Positions 1 to 9,308 of a DNA stretch of 64,000 nt are shown piece after piece. The notes below the pieces were generated by a model. It ran no database searches. It worked only from the letters and a program-made list of their open reading frames with translations, and was not told where the DNA came from. Each line of letters begins with the position of its first letter. Position 1 is the first letter of the stretch. The stretch is from an uncultured bacterium. Its GTDB lineage: Bacteria; Bdellovibrionota_C; UBA2361; CALJRW01. Location: positions 308 to 64,307 of the forward strand of contig CALJRW010000035.1 in assembly GCA_937976335.1 (NCBI GenBank). The letters run 5' to 3'. A program made the position numbers and the translations under genes.

Positions 1-402
1 GCACTCAGGGCTTTTTACATCAATTGCGCGGCCTGTGTGATGCTCGCTATATCCTGGAGCCGCAAGAAATTTAAGAATATCATTAAGCTCTCTTCCTTTT
101 GCTAAAGATCTTTTTAATTTATCTTCTTGATATGCATATGATCTAAAACCAGAAAAAGGCATAATTATTATTCCATCTTTTTTAGCTTTTTCTCTTAAGC
201 TATTAAATGCAGCAGCAGTTTCTTTTGTTAGCCTCAAAGGTTTTCCTTGAAAATCATGCTCTAACAAAACTAAATCTTTTTTTCTTGCTTCAGGAAAAAA
301 CTCTAATTTCCTGTTTTTAGCATAATTTCTAGGAATTCCATAACGTATGTGAATTGTTTTAGCTTTAAAAGAGCTGATGGGGTATTTAAGTTTATTGATC
401 AT
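1..402 (-). CDS. Partial CDS; only the N-terminal part lies inside the window and the C-terminus lies beyond the left edge. M15-family D-Ala-D-Ala carboxypeptidase (VanY/LdcB-like)
   Basis: Manual minus-strand translation gives MINKLKYPISSFKAK...GYSEHHTGRAIDV. The SxHxxGxAxD zinc-ligand motif is typical of VanY/LdcB peptidases. ATG at 402-400 on the minus strand. Not in the ORF track because it runs off the window edge. Confidence 0.45.
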   Translation of the reverse strand, partial: MINKLKYPISSFKAKTIHIRYGIPRNYAKNRKLEFFPEARKKDLVLLEHDFQGKPLRLTKETAAAFNSLREKAKKDGIIIMPFSGFRSYAYQEDKLKRSLAKGRELNDILKFLAAPGYSEHHTGRAIDVKSPEC

Positions 403-470
403 TTTCTAAAGAATACAGTAGTTTTATTTCTTTACATAGTGTAATTTTATTCTAGAAAATAGGAGACTCT

Positions 471-1931
471 ATGCCAAAAGATTATTTCAAGTTAGAAAAT
501 ATTACTTCTTTTAATGATATACCAAAAAATGGAAAAATTTACTTTATGGGAGTTTCTGGTGTTGCCATGGGTCAACTTGCTGTAGCCTTATCTGAAGAAG
601 GATATAATGTAATTGGTGGAGATAGACAATTTTATGAGCCAATGGGAAGTTTTTTAAGAAATTCAAATGTTACACTATTAGAAGGATATAAAGCTTCAAA
701 TGTTCCTTTAGATGCAGATTTAGTTGTTATAGGAAATGCAATTCCTTATAAGTTTGATGAAATTGCAGTTGTTGAAGAAAATAACCTACCATATACATGC
801 TTTCCAAGATTATTAAGCGAAGCAGTCATTTCTAAAAAATCTTCTATTGTTGCTTCTGGAACACATGGAAAAACTACCACTACTACTATGACAGCTCATG
901 TATTGCGTGAAGCAGCAAAAGTTCCATCTTTTTTTATTGGAGGCGTTGTAGAAAGTTTTGGGAAAAGTTTATCAATTGATTCAAAAGAGGTAAGTGTTGT
1001 AGAAGGGGATGAATATGATGATGTTTTCTTTTCTAAGAAAGCAAAATTTTTACACTACGCACCTACAACCTGCATTGTAAATGCGGTTGAATTTGATCAT
1101 GCAGATTTGTATGAATCTATTGAGGAAATAGATAAAGCTTTTACTAAATTAGTAAATATAGTACCGGAAACTGGAATAGCAATAGTTTGTGCGGATTACG
1201 ATCATTTAAACGAGCTTACAAACTCTTGGAAAAAATCTTCAAAGTGCCAAATTATTACTTTTGGAGAAAGTGAAAAATCAGATTATAGAATTACTAATTT
1301 TAAACAAACAGGTATGGAGCAAAGTTTTGAAGTAGTTTCGAAAGACAATGAAACTTTTACTTTAGAACTTTCAGTGCCTGGCATCTATAACTCTAGAAAT
1401 GCTCTAGCCTCTGCAATAGCTTGTTTAAAAGAAGGTTTAACCACAGAAGAAATTGCTAAGCATCTTAAAACTTTTAAGCCAGCAAAGCGAAGACAAGAAG
1501 TTCTTTTAAATAATGACAAAATCACTATCATTAGTGATTTTGCTCATCACCCAACAGCAGTAAGTCATACTGTACAAACTATAAAAAGCGCATATCCCGA
1601 CAAAAAACTCTGGGCTGTTTTTGAGCCAAGATCCACAACAAGTAGAAGAAAATATTTTCAAGATGATTATGCCGTAAGTTTTGAAAATGCTGATAAAGCA
1701 ATAATTTGTGGAGTAACTGCGGGATTTAGAGACACAGAAGATAATACGTTAAATATTCAACAACTTTGTGATGATATAAATTCTAAAGGCATTGATTGTT
1801 TGGCAATTGAAAAGGCAAATGATATTTGTGAACATTTGGTAAAAAATGTTGGAGAGAAAGATTTAATACTAATTATGTCTAATGGCTCTTTTGATGGTTT
1901 GATGGGTAGTTTAGTGAGTTCTTATAGTTAA
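471..1931 (+). CDS. mpl: Mur ligase family enzyme, most like UDP-N-acetylmuramate:L-alanyl-gamma-D-glutamyl-meso-DAP ligase (Mpl); MurC is not excluded
   Basis: N-terminal Rossmann-like stretch YFMGVSGVAMGQLA, P-loop GTHGKTTTT, and C-terminal DFAHHPTAV motif, all typical of the Mur ligase Mpl/MurC subfamily; 486 aa. Confidence 0.6.
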   Translation: MPKDYFKLENITSFNDIPKNGKIYFMGVSGVAMGQLAVALSEEGYNVIGGDRQFYEPMGSFLRNSNVTLLEGYKASNVPLDADLVVIGNAIPYKFDEIAVVEENNLPYTCFPRLLSEAVISKKSSIVASGTHGKTTTTTMTAHVLREAAKVPSFFIGGVVESFGKSLSIDSKEVSVVEGDEYDDVFFSKKAKFLHYAPTTCIVNAVEFDHADLYESIEEIDKAFTKLVNIVPETGIAIVCADYDHLNELTNSWKKSSKCQIITFGESEKSDYRITNFKQTGMEQSFEVVSKDNETFTLELSVPGIYNSRNALASAIACLKEGLTTEEIAKHLKTFKPAKRRQEVLLNNDKITIISDFAHHPTAVSHTVQTIKSAYPDKKLWAVFEPRSTTSRRKYFQDDYAVSFENADKAIICGVTAGFRDTEDNTLNIQQLCDDINSKGIDCLAIEKANDICEHLVKNVGEKDLILIMSNGSFDGLMGSLVSSYS

Positions 1932-1935
1932 AAAA

Positions 1936-3108
1936 TTGAATTATCATAAAAACGTAAAGCTACTAAAATTTTCAAATTCATTTGGTTTTGCAGCATTATT
2001 TGTTTTACCTATATATTTACCTTACTATCTTTCAAAAGGAATAACATTAACTGAGTTTTTTTATATAGCATCTTTTTCATCAGTAGTTTCTATTATACTC
2101 GAAACTCCGAGTGGTTATCTTTCAGATGTATGGAATAGAAAGTATACTTTAATACTTGGTAGAATATTTCAATCAATTGGTTGGTGTGTTTTAATGTTAG
2201 CTAAAGATTTTTCAGGCTTAATGTTAAGCTCAATTCTTCGAGTAATTGGAGGAGTTCTTTGTAGCGGAACTAATCACGCTTTATTATATGATAGTTTAGA
2301 ATCTCAAAAAAAAGAAAAGGATTTTAGTAAATTAATTGGAGCAGAGTATCAGTATAACTTTTTAGCTTTAGGTTTTGCATCATTTCTGGGAGGATTTTTA
2401 TATACTATTAATAAAGATTTACCTGCAATTTTAAATACAATTTCTTATACAGTATCTGCTTTTTTATGTTTAAACCTCGTTGAGCCGGAAAGAAAAACTA
2501 TAATTAAAGAAAATTATTTTAAAAAATATGTTGAAATCTTTAAACACTGTTTTTTGGATAGAAAAGATTTAAGGTATATACTAATATTTGCTTCATCTTT
2601 TAATGCATTTGCTCAACTAATTTTATGGTTTTTTCAAGGCTACTTAGAATATCTAAAAGTTCCATATGCATGGTTTGGTATTATATTTGTTAGTGATTAT
2701 ATTATTCGTAGTTTTAGTAGTAAGAAGTCTTCTCTAATCTTATCAAAAAATGGAATTTTTAATTCATATCTATTAGTTGTTTTTTTACTATTTATTGGTT
2801 TTTCTTTCCCAGCTTTGTACTTTACTGTTTTTGCAATTGTGTTTTTCTATATAGCTTCAGTTGCTCGTGGAATTTCCCTTCCTCTATCTAGGGCAGTGAT
2901 AAATGATAGAATCCTATCAGAAAATCGAGCAACTATTATGTCTATTGGTTCTATGATTTATGGCTTAGTTTATGCTTTATGTTGTCCTATTCAAGGAGCT
3001 TTAACTGAAAGTTATGGTTTACGTTTTGGAATGCTAGGAATTGCTCTTCTCTTCTTAATTTTTCAGCTATTTATGTTAATCAAAGTGAAAGAAAACATAA
3101 AACTCTAG
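1936..3108 (+). CDS. MFS-type transporter (12 predicted TM segments)
   Basis: Hydrophobic periodicity throughout. Motif LETPSGYLSD..R between TM2 and TM3 is MFS-like. Paralogous to the 390-aa ORF at 24655-25827. Confidence 0.5.
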   Translation: MNYHKNVKLLKFSNSFGFAALFVLPIYLPYYLSKGITLTEFFYIASFSSVVSIILETPSGYLSDVWNRKYTLILGRIFQSIGWCVLMLAKDFSGLMLSSILRVIGGVLCSGTNHALLYDSLESQKKEKDFSKLIGAEYQYNFLALGFASFLGGFLYTINKDLPAILNTISYTVSAFLCLNLVEPERKTIIKENYFKKYVEIFKHCFLDRKDLRYILIFASSFNAFAQLILWFFQGYLEYLKVPYAWFGIIFVSDYIIRSFSSKKSSLILSKNGIFNSYLLVVFLLFIGFSFPALYFTVFAIVFFYIASVARGISLPLSRAVINDRILSENRATIMSIGSMIYGLVYALCCPIQGALTESYGLRFGMLGIALLFLIFQLFMLIKVKENIKL

Positions 3109-3112
3109 ACTT

Positions 3113-5287
3113 TTAAAGAAATCTTTTTCTAAGAGTAACTAATGCATCGCCGTTAACTTTAAATCTATAAATAAAAGGAGTTACCGTATTTGTTAGCTCA
3201 GGAATAGTCAGATGATACATATTATATTTTCCGTCACTCTTAATAGTGAAACTAGTTAAAGGCGTATCTTCAAAATATTTGTCAATAAAAACATCAAGTT
3301 TTATTTCAGAGCTAGCTTTTAATTCTAGATTTAAAACCTTTTCTGGTAAGTTAGGAACTTTTAAGTAAAAACTTTCCCTATCTTGGATTAAGGTCTCAAG
3401 GTTAAAGTTAATTAAATAGTTATCTTCACCATCTTTTTGCAAAATCTCAAGTTTAGGAAAAAAACTTTCTACTTTTTTTTCAAACTCTTTTTTATCAAAA
3501 TTCTTAAACTCTTTAGAGATCACAAGAATTTTTTCTAAATTAGGAATGAATTCCAAAGCTTTTATTGATTTAACATCCGGAAAATTTTCTAATTTTCTAG
3601 GATATTCATTCATTAAATCAGTTCTTTGTCCACTATATCCATTAAGTATTTTAACTTTATATGGAGAAGACCAATTCATGTAATTTACATTTAACTTAGC
3701 AAAATCTCCCCATGATTTGATTCCTCCATTATTTTTTAGATCTAAAGCATAGGGTAGAATAATCATTGAAGAGTTCTTATTTTTAATATTATTAAGTGCT
3801 CCAAAAACATCGGGCGTCCTCTTAGGTTCCTCTAATGGATAAGTAGTTACTAAATTCTCTCCAATAGGAATAAGTAACAATAAAGTTAAGAGAAATTTAT
3901 GATTTTTTAGTAATTTATAAATAAAAGGAATACATAAAATACAAAAAAATATGCTTAAGATAGCAAATCTAGACACTGCTCTTATGCCTTGAGTTCCTGG
4001 AAATAGATAATAAAATACACTATATATTCCTCCAGGAAATTCTCCTTCATTAGGATTCCCGATAGGCCCAAATGAGAGATATAAGAAAAGTAGTGCTAGG
4101 CCTAAAAAAAGTCCAAGAAAATTTCTATCTGTAAATATATTAAAATTTAGTTTTCTTTCAAGTTTTCCGAGTTTTAAAATAATCAAAAAAAATGAAACTA
4201 AAGAAGCCCAGACAAAAGCAATTTCGAGCAGATATGCAAGTGCAAAAAAGTTTTGAATATTTGGAAATCCAAAAAAAATACTTAGAAAGAAAAAAATTAC
4301 AAAAAAAGAAGCTAATTTAAATAGTTTTTTAGTATTAACTAGTCTATAAAGTGCGATTATAATTAAAATTAGTAGGAAAAATCCAGGAAAAAACCTTTTT
4401 TCAGCATCAGAATAAGAAGCTGAAAAATTATATAGCCAATTGTAGTTTGTGCTTGAAAAGATACTCAAACTATTAGCTGACATGTAAAAAGCTTCATATA
4501 GATTTCTTTTTCCAAATGAATTGAGAACTTTTAGATAAGGTAGAATAAAGAAAGTAAGTGGTAATAAACCTATAATAAAGCCAATACTTAAGTGTTTTAA
4601 TTTAGTAAGAGTTATTTCTTGTGGTTTTAAAAAATAAATGATTAAGAGAGTGGAAACTAATAAAATTGCTAAAAAAATTGAATAGTAAACTGTTGTTAGA
4701 AAACAAAGTGTTAAACATAGACCTAAAAAGAAAGCTCTTAAGATATTTGGTTTTCTAAAAAAAGAGAAAAACAAAATTAAAAATAATGGAAAAAAGAAAA
4801 AGTACTGAAGTTGTGGATGTCCTAGGTGTTCACTAAAGTAACTTAAGCTTATTAAAATAATTCCTGAAAGGATGCTTGAATAAAATTCTCCTGAAATTTT
4901 GTGAGAAAGTAAGTAGGTAAGATAGCCAGTTAGAAAAGCAGATCCTAGTAAAAGAGAATTACAAATTGCAGGAAATGTTAGACCTATTTTTTCAAGAAAT
5001 ATGGCAATAAAACTTGGAAAAATAAAATTATCACTCCAAGCTAAAAAATCAGTGTAGGGCCAAGCTACGGGAGGTGAAAATAAGTTTTTAGAAAAAAGAT
5101 ATTGAATATTATTTTTTATTAGCCATATGTAAAGGCCTGCATCTCTTTCTGAGCCGCCAAAGTGATGAGTGTTAAAATGAGTAAAAGCATCGTATCTAAA
5201 AGCAAAAAGGAAAGCAAAGATTGATGCAAAGGCAATAATTATTTGCTTTAATGAGATTTTATGATTTGGAAAAAATTTAGTGTTCAA
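3113..5287 (-). CDS. Large polytopic membrane protein with C-terminal soluble domain (YfhO/ArnT-like glycosyltransferase-fold candidate)
   Basis: 724 aa with more than 12 hydrophobic segments in the N-terminal 480 aa, then a hydrophilic C-terminal domain; no catalytic motif recognised. Confidence 0.3.
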   Translation of the reverse strand: MNTKFFPNHKISLKQIIIAFASIFAFLFAFRYDAFTHFNTHHFGGSERDAGLYIWLIKNNIQYLFSKNLFSPPVAWPYTDFLAWSDNFIFPSFIAIFLEKIGLTFPAICNSLLLGSAFLTGYLTYLLSHKISGEFYSSILSGIILISLSYFSEHLGHPQLQYFFFFPLFLILFFSFFRKPNILRAFFLGLCLTLCFLTTVYYSIFLAILLVSTLLIIYFLKPQEITLTKLKHLSIGFIIGLLPLTFFILPYLKVLNSFGKRNLYEAFYMSANSLSIFSSTNYNWLYNFSASYSDAEKRFFPGFFLLILIIIALYRLVNTKKLFKLASFFVIFFFLSIFFGFPNIQNFFALAYLLEIAFVWASLVSFFLIILKLGKLERKLNFNIFTDRNFLGLFLGLALLFLYLSFGPIGNPNEGEFPGGIYSVFYYLFPGTQGIRAVSRFAILSIFFCILCIPFIYKLLKNHKFLLTLLLLIPIGENLVTTYPLEEPKRTPDVFGALNNIKNKNSSMIILPYALDLKNNGGIKSWGDFAKLNVNYMNWSSPYKVKILNGYSGQRTDLMNEYPRKLENFPDVKSIKALEFIPNLEKILVISKEFKNFDKKEFEKKVESFFPKLEILQKDGEDNYLINFNLETLIQDRESFYLKVPNLPEKVLNLELKASSEIKLDVFIDKYFEDTPLTSFTIKSDGKYNMYHLTIPELTNTVTPFIYRFKVNGDALVTLRKRFL

Positions 5288-5334
5288 AGTAGTAATATTA
5301 ATTTACTAAACTTATAGCACTTAAGCTTACCTTT

Positions 5335-6408
5335 TTACAGTACTTCAAATTTTAAGCCATTAACTTCTTTTACAACTAATGGGAATTGAAAATATTTACC
5401 AAATTTATCTACTGTTAACTTAAAACTACTATCCTTTATTTTTGAAATAGATTTCAATACATCTTGGCCAGAGTAATTTTCTGGAAGCTCTTTTTTGATT
5501 GCAGGTAACATTTTTGCAACTACGTATGCGTTATAGCCATATGCAATTTGTATAACATTGCTAAATTTTTTCTCATATTTTTCTAAGAAGTTTTTAGGAA
5601 CATTAACTGATGGAAATACTGATCCGTCCATAAGGCCATTCGCTTGTTTAGCTTCAGTTTTACTTTCAAATATATCAGTTCCAAATGTTGGAGTTCTTAG
5701 TCCATATGCAGCTGCTTGTTTGTAAAAAGTGCTCACCTGTCCAGGAAATAAATAAACACCAATTGCGTCATAGTTTTTAGCTTTTAGTTTTAATATTGCT
5801 GTTTTGAAGTCAATTGTGTCAGGTAAAAAGGTATATGCAATATCGATATTTTGTGTTTCGCTTACAGATGCTTTTAAACCATCTATCATAGAGTCAATAA
5901 AAGGATCTTCTAAGGCAATAATACCAATATTTTTTATCTTTCTTTTCTCAAGATGTTTTAACAGGCAATTTGCATATTCATATGAAGAATTAATAGTTCT
6001 TATTACATATTTCTTATCTTTCGCAGGATTTGCATCTAAGGATAAAGATAGCAATGGAATTTTGTTTCTTTCAGCTAAAGGAGCAACAGCATTTAATGGA
6101 GCTTCTCCCCAGTTATAAATTAAGCTTACTTTATTGAAAGTAACTAATTTATTATATGCAGAAATAGCTTTTTTTGAATCATATTGATTATCTTCAAAAC
6201 TTAGTTCTATATCTCTGAATTGAGAAGAGTTTTCATTCTTCGCAAGCTCAAAACCATTTTTAACTGCAGTTCCGTATTCTGCAATATCTCCTGTAAGTGG
6301 AACTGAGATTCCTACTCTTAAAGGTTCAGAGATAGTAACTTGAGCAAATATTAAAATTAGTAGAAATATGCGGATTAAGTTTTTCATAATTTGTTCCTTC
6401 TTTTGCAT
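5335..6408 (-). CDS. Periplasmic substrate-binding protein, type I (LivK/branched-chain amino acid-binding family)
   Basis: Signal peptide, then LRVGISVPLTGDIAEYG, typical of the Leu/Ile/Val-binding protein family N-terminus. Confidence 0.5.
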   Translation of the reverse strand: MQKKEQIMKNLIRIFLLILIFAQVTISEPLRVGISVPLTGDIAEYGTAVKNGFELAKNENSSQFRDIELSFEDNQYDSKKAISAYNKLVTFNKVSLIYNWGEAPLNAVAPLAERNKIPLLSLSLDANPAKDKKYVIRTINSSYEYANCLLKHLEKRKIKNIGIIALEDPFIDSMIDGLKASVSETQNIDIAYTFLPDTIDFKTAILKLKAKNYDAIGVYLFPGQVSTFYKQAAAYGLRTPTFGTDIFESKTEAKQANGLMDGSVFPSVNVPKNFLEKYEKKFSNVIQIAYGYNAYVVAKMLPAIKKELPENYSGQDVLKSISKIKDSSFKLTVDKFGKYFQFPLVVKEVNGLKFEVL

Positions 6409-6522
6409 AAGTAAAATTTTAGAACTACTAGCATTTTAAGCAAATTAACTTTAACAATGATATAAAATAATCAATTATATCAGTTGATTAGTTATGTTTT
6501 TTCTGTCAATATAAACTGACAA

Positions 6523-7272
6523 ATGATCGATATAATTTTAAAAAACTTTGAATTTCAAGAAAAAGAAAGGCAGGTTCTTATATTTTTACTTGAAAAAGGA
6601 AAAGGTACGGCAAGCGGAATATCTAAAGCTACAGCTCTTAAAAGACCTACAGTTTATGCAGTGTTAGAAAATTTATGCATAGAAGGATATGTCAATAAAA
6701 CAAAAGAAGATAAAATTACTTTTTTCTCTACACTTCCAATTGATAAATTTTGCTCTTTTTTAAAACAAAAAGCTATCATAAGAGCCAAACGTTTTTCAGA
6801 ATATTCTGACGAGTTAGAAACTTATGTAAAGAATCTTTCAACTAGTGTTGGTCAAAATATAGGTGGGTTCTATATTGAAACAATCAATTCTTTTGAAATA
6901 TTGTATGACTATTTAGGTAAAGCATTATTAGCTGGCGATTTTGAAGGAATTTTCAATCCCAGATTTGTTTTTAACAAGGAATCTAAACCTTACATTAAAA
7001 ATTTTTTGAAACAAACTGAAAAAAACAAACCAAGAATAAGAGAATTGGCCGTTCCAGGATCAGAACTTAATTGGTACACAAAGCTTATTAAAAATCCCAA
7101 TCATCAGGTAAAAAAATTAAATAAAAAATGTAAAATAATTACAGATATGATTATTCTTTCAGAAAATGTGTTATTTTTTGATTATAATGAAGGAAAAGTA
7201 ATTAAAATAAATAATTCTGATTTTAGTGTTACTATGAGGAGTATTTTTGAGATAGTTTGGGGTAGTGTTTAA
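6523..7272 (+). CDS. TrmB-family transcriptional regulator (N-terminal wHTH plus C-terminal effector domain)
   Basis: N-terminus QEKERQVLIFLLEKGKGTASGISKATALKRPTVYAVLENL matches the TrmB HTH; about 250 aa. Confidence 0.45.
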   Translation: MIDIILKNFEFQEKERQVLIFLLEKGKGTASGISKATALKRPTVYAVLENLCIEGYVNKTKEDKITFFSTLPIDKFCSFLKQKAIIRAKRFSEYSDELETYVKNLSTSVGQNIGGFYIETINSFEILYDYLGKALLAGDFEGIFNPRFVFNKESKPYIKNFLKQTEKNKPRIRELAVPGSELNWYTKLIKNPNHQVKKLNKKCKIITDMIILSENVLFFDYNEGKVIKINNSDFSVTMRSIFEIVWGSV

Positions 7273-7273
7273 T

Positions 7274-8440
7274 ATGAAATATCTATTTATTCTAGTTTTC
7301 ATTTTCTTTCTTATGGTAATAAACACAGTCACCCCCAAATACGATTTTATCCAATACTATTCTGCTGCAAATCTTATTCAATCTTCTGAAAATCCGTATG
7401 ATGAAAATCTTCTATATAAAGAAGAGCTAAAATATCGAAACTATGATGAAGTAATAAAAATGTGGAATCCTCCTACTGTGCTTCCATTTATATATTTTTT
7501 ACCACAGCTAAATTATGAAAGTGCTTTATTTTTATGGAGTGTATTAGGATTTTTAACATATTATTTTGCTATTTATATTTTTTCAAAAGAAATTAAGTTA
7601 GATATAGAAAAAAAAATGTATATGCTAGGGGGATTAATTCTTTTTCCTCCCTTACTTGCAATGCAACTTATGGCTCAAATAAGTTTCATTCCTTTATTTG
7701 GTTTAGTTTTATTTTTTTATTTTTATACTAAAGAAAGAAAATTTTTATCTGGCCTATTTCTAGGACTTACTTTAATAAAACCACATTTATTATACTTGCT
7801 TTATTTATATATTTTCTTTGAATCTTTTAAGATAAGAAATTTCTATACAATTTTCGGAATGATTGTTACTAGTATTTTCTTTTCGTTATTCGTCACACTT
7901 ATTAATTCAGATCTTTGGTTTTGGTACTTTGAGGCAATGAAAAATAACCCAGTTGGTTATTGGAAAACTACTACGGTTGGTAGTTTTTTAAGTGTTAACT
8001 TAAAATCAAGTTTTTTATGGTATTTTCCAACAATATTTACTTCAGTTATTTTCACTTTTTTTTATTTTTTACGTATGAAAAATATACAATTTAATAAAAT
8101 ATCTAAGATACAAAAGTATTCAATAATTTCAGCATTAACGGGCGTTTCTTTAGTCACTTCTCCATATGGCTGGCTCTTTGATCATATTCTTTTAATTCCC
8201 TGTTTTTTGATAATTTTAGAAAATATTTTTAATAGTATTAATATTTCTCATAAAAGGAAGAAAATTTATATGTTATATTTATTTTTAATTAATTTTATTG
8301 CTTGTATTGCTCTTTTTATGACAAGTCATGATAAAATGCTGTGGTATTCTTTGTTAATAGCTATAATTTGTTTAATGATTTCAGTTTTAAATTTTAAACT
8401 TGACTCTTTAATTCCAAACAAAGCGTCTGATGCTCTTTAG
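7274..8440 (+). CDS. Polytopic membrane protein, possible GT87/DUF2029-like glycosyltransferase
   Basis: About 10 TM segments with an aromatic-rich composition. Start moved to the ATG at 7274, just after the upstream stop at 7270-7272. Confidence 0.3.
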   Translation: MKYLFILVFIFFLMVINTVTPKYDFIQYYSAANLIQSSENPYDENLLYKEELKYRNYDEVIKMWNPPTVLPFIYFLPQLNYESALFLWSVLGFLTYYFAIYIFSKEIKLDIEKKMYMLGGLILFPPLLAMQLMAQISFIPLFGLVLFFYFYTKERKFLSGLFLGLTLIKPHLLYLLYLYIFFESFKIRNFYTIFGMIVTSIFFSLFVTLINSDLWFWYFEAMKNNPVGYWKTTTVGSFLSVNLKSSFLWYFPTIFTSVIFTFFYFLRMKNIQFNKISKIQKYSIISALTGVSLVTSPYGWLFDHILLIPCFLIILENIFNSINISHKRKKIYMLYLFLINFIACIALFMTSHDKMLWYSLLIAIICLMISVLNFKLDSLIPNKASDAL

Positions 8441-9308
8441 CGGTCCAGTATACTTTTGCTGTACAACATTGCCTTAATAGATTTAGAGTTTCATAAATTT
8501 TAATTTTTTCATTGAATCTTTCACTGATTTCTAAAATTTGAGAATATCCTTCAAGAAAAGGAGCTTTAAAACCTTTTAACAATTTTTCAATCTTATTTAA
8601 ATTTTTAAAATCAAATTCAGGATCGCCTGCTAGGGCTTGATTAAAATCAATAAATCCAGAAAATTTTCCATTTTGATGAAGTATATTTTTGGATTCTAAA
8701 TTGCCATGCAGTAAGACAGGTTTTTTTACTTTAGTAAAAAGGTTTTTATTTTCTATAAAATTAGATTTTATTTTATTTAAAATTTTTATATCTAATGCGC
8801 TTGTTTCAATAACTTCTTTAAAAGTTTGTTTGTGCATTTCTTGAAGGAAGAATAGCCAGGAATCAGAACCTTTTTTCACTTCTCCAACTAAATCGCCATA
8901 TCTGTGAAGCTTAAATGTATGTATGTTAGCAAGTGAGCGTCCTATATCTTTAGCTAAAAGATTTTTAGTTTCAAGGCTAAAGCTATTCCATGAGGAATTT
9001 AAAGGAATCCCCGGAATTTTTAATAAGATAATAAAGTCATATGGTGTGATAGTTTTTGTTTCATCAAGTGTTATAACTTGTGGGACAGATACATTTGAAG
9101 AATATAGGTGATCGCATGCCATTTTAAATCTATGAAATCTAATTGAGTTTTTTTCCCAAATGTTAAATCTAATTATATATTTATCATTTACGCTAAAAGC
9201 TGCATTCGTTTGAATATTTTCAAGAAATTGAATTTTTTCTACACTACAGAGTTTAAGAGAGTGAAAAATTTTTTTAATTTTTTCTTCTTCTAAGCCGATA
9301 AGTTTCAT
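8394..9308 (-). CDS. Phosphotransferase enzyme family protein (APH/choline-kinase-like small-molecule kinase)
   Basis: Brenner motif HGNLESKNIL and IDFNQALAGDPEFDF (catalytic loop plus DFG-equivalent) are typical of aminoglycoside phosphotransferase-like kinases. Start overlaps the upstream uvrA-like stop (ATGA) on the minus strand. Confidence 0.55.
   Translation of the reverse strand: MKLIGLEEEKIKKIFHSLKLCSVEKIQFLENIQTNAAFSVNDKYIIRFNIWEKNSIRFHRFKMACDHLYSSNVSVPQVITLDETKTITPYDFIILLKIPGIPLNSSWNSFSLETKNLLAKDIGRSLANIHTFKLHRYGDLVGEVKKGSDSWLFFLQEMHKQTFKEVIETSALDIKILNKIKSNFIENKNLFTKVKKPVLLHGNLESKNILHQNGKFSGFIDFNQALAGDPEFDFKNLNKIEKLLKGFKAPFLEGYSQILEISERFNEKIKIYETLNLLRQCCTAKVYWTAKEHQTLCLELKSQV

Noticed and set aside
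5804-6118. 104-aa plus-strand ORF inside the LivK-like gene
   Set aside because: Lies entirely antisense within a well-supported longer CDS, with a low-complexity translation. The same reasoning applies to 8923-9111, 10137-10502, 11904-12140, 12591-12857 and 13455-13706 (antisense to the uvrA-like gene), 19892-20128, 21864-22142 and 22547-22840 (within ctaC/ctaD), 24926-25318, 33960-34262, 35206-35397, 36841-37023, 37781-38050, 40032-40217, 40162-40419, 49391-49582, 52636-52854, 53617-53802, 54424-54606, 56243-56488, 57471-57695, 59682-59909, 60204-60443, 60551-60775 and 61361-61615.
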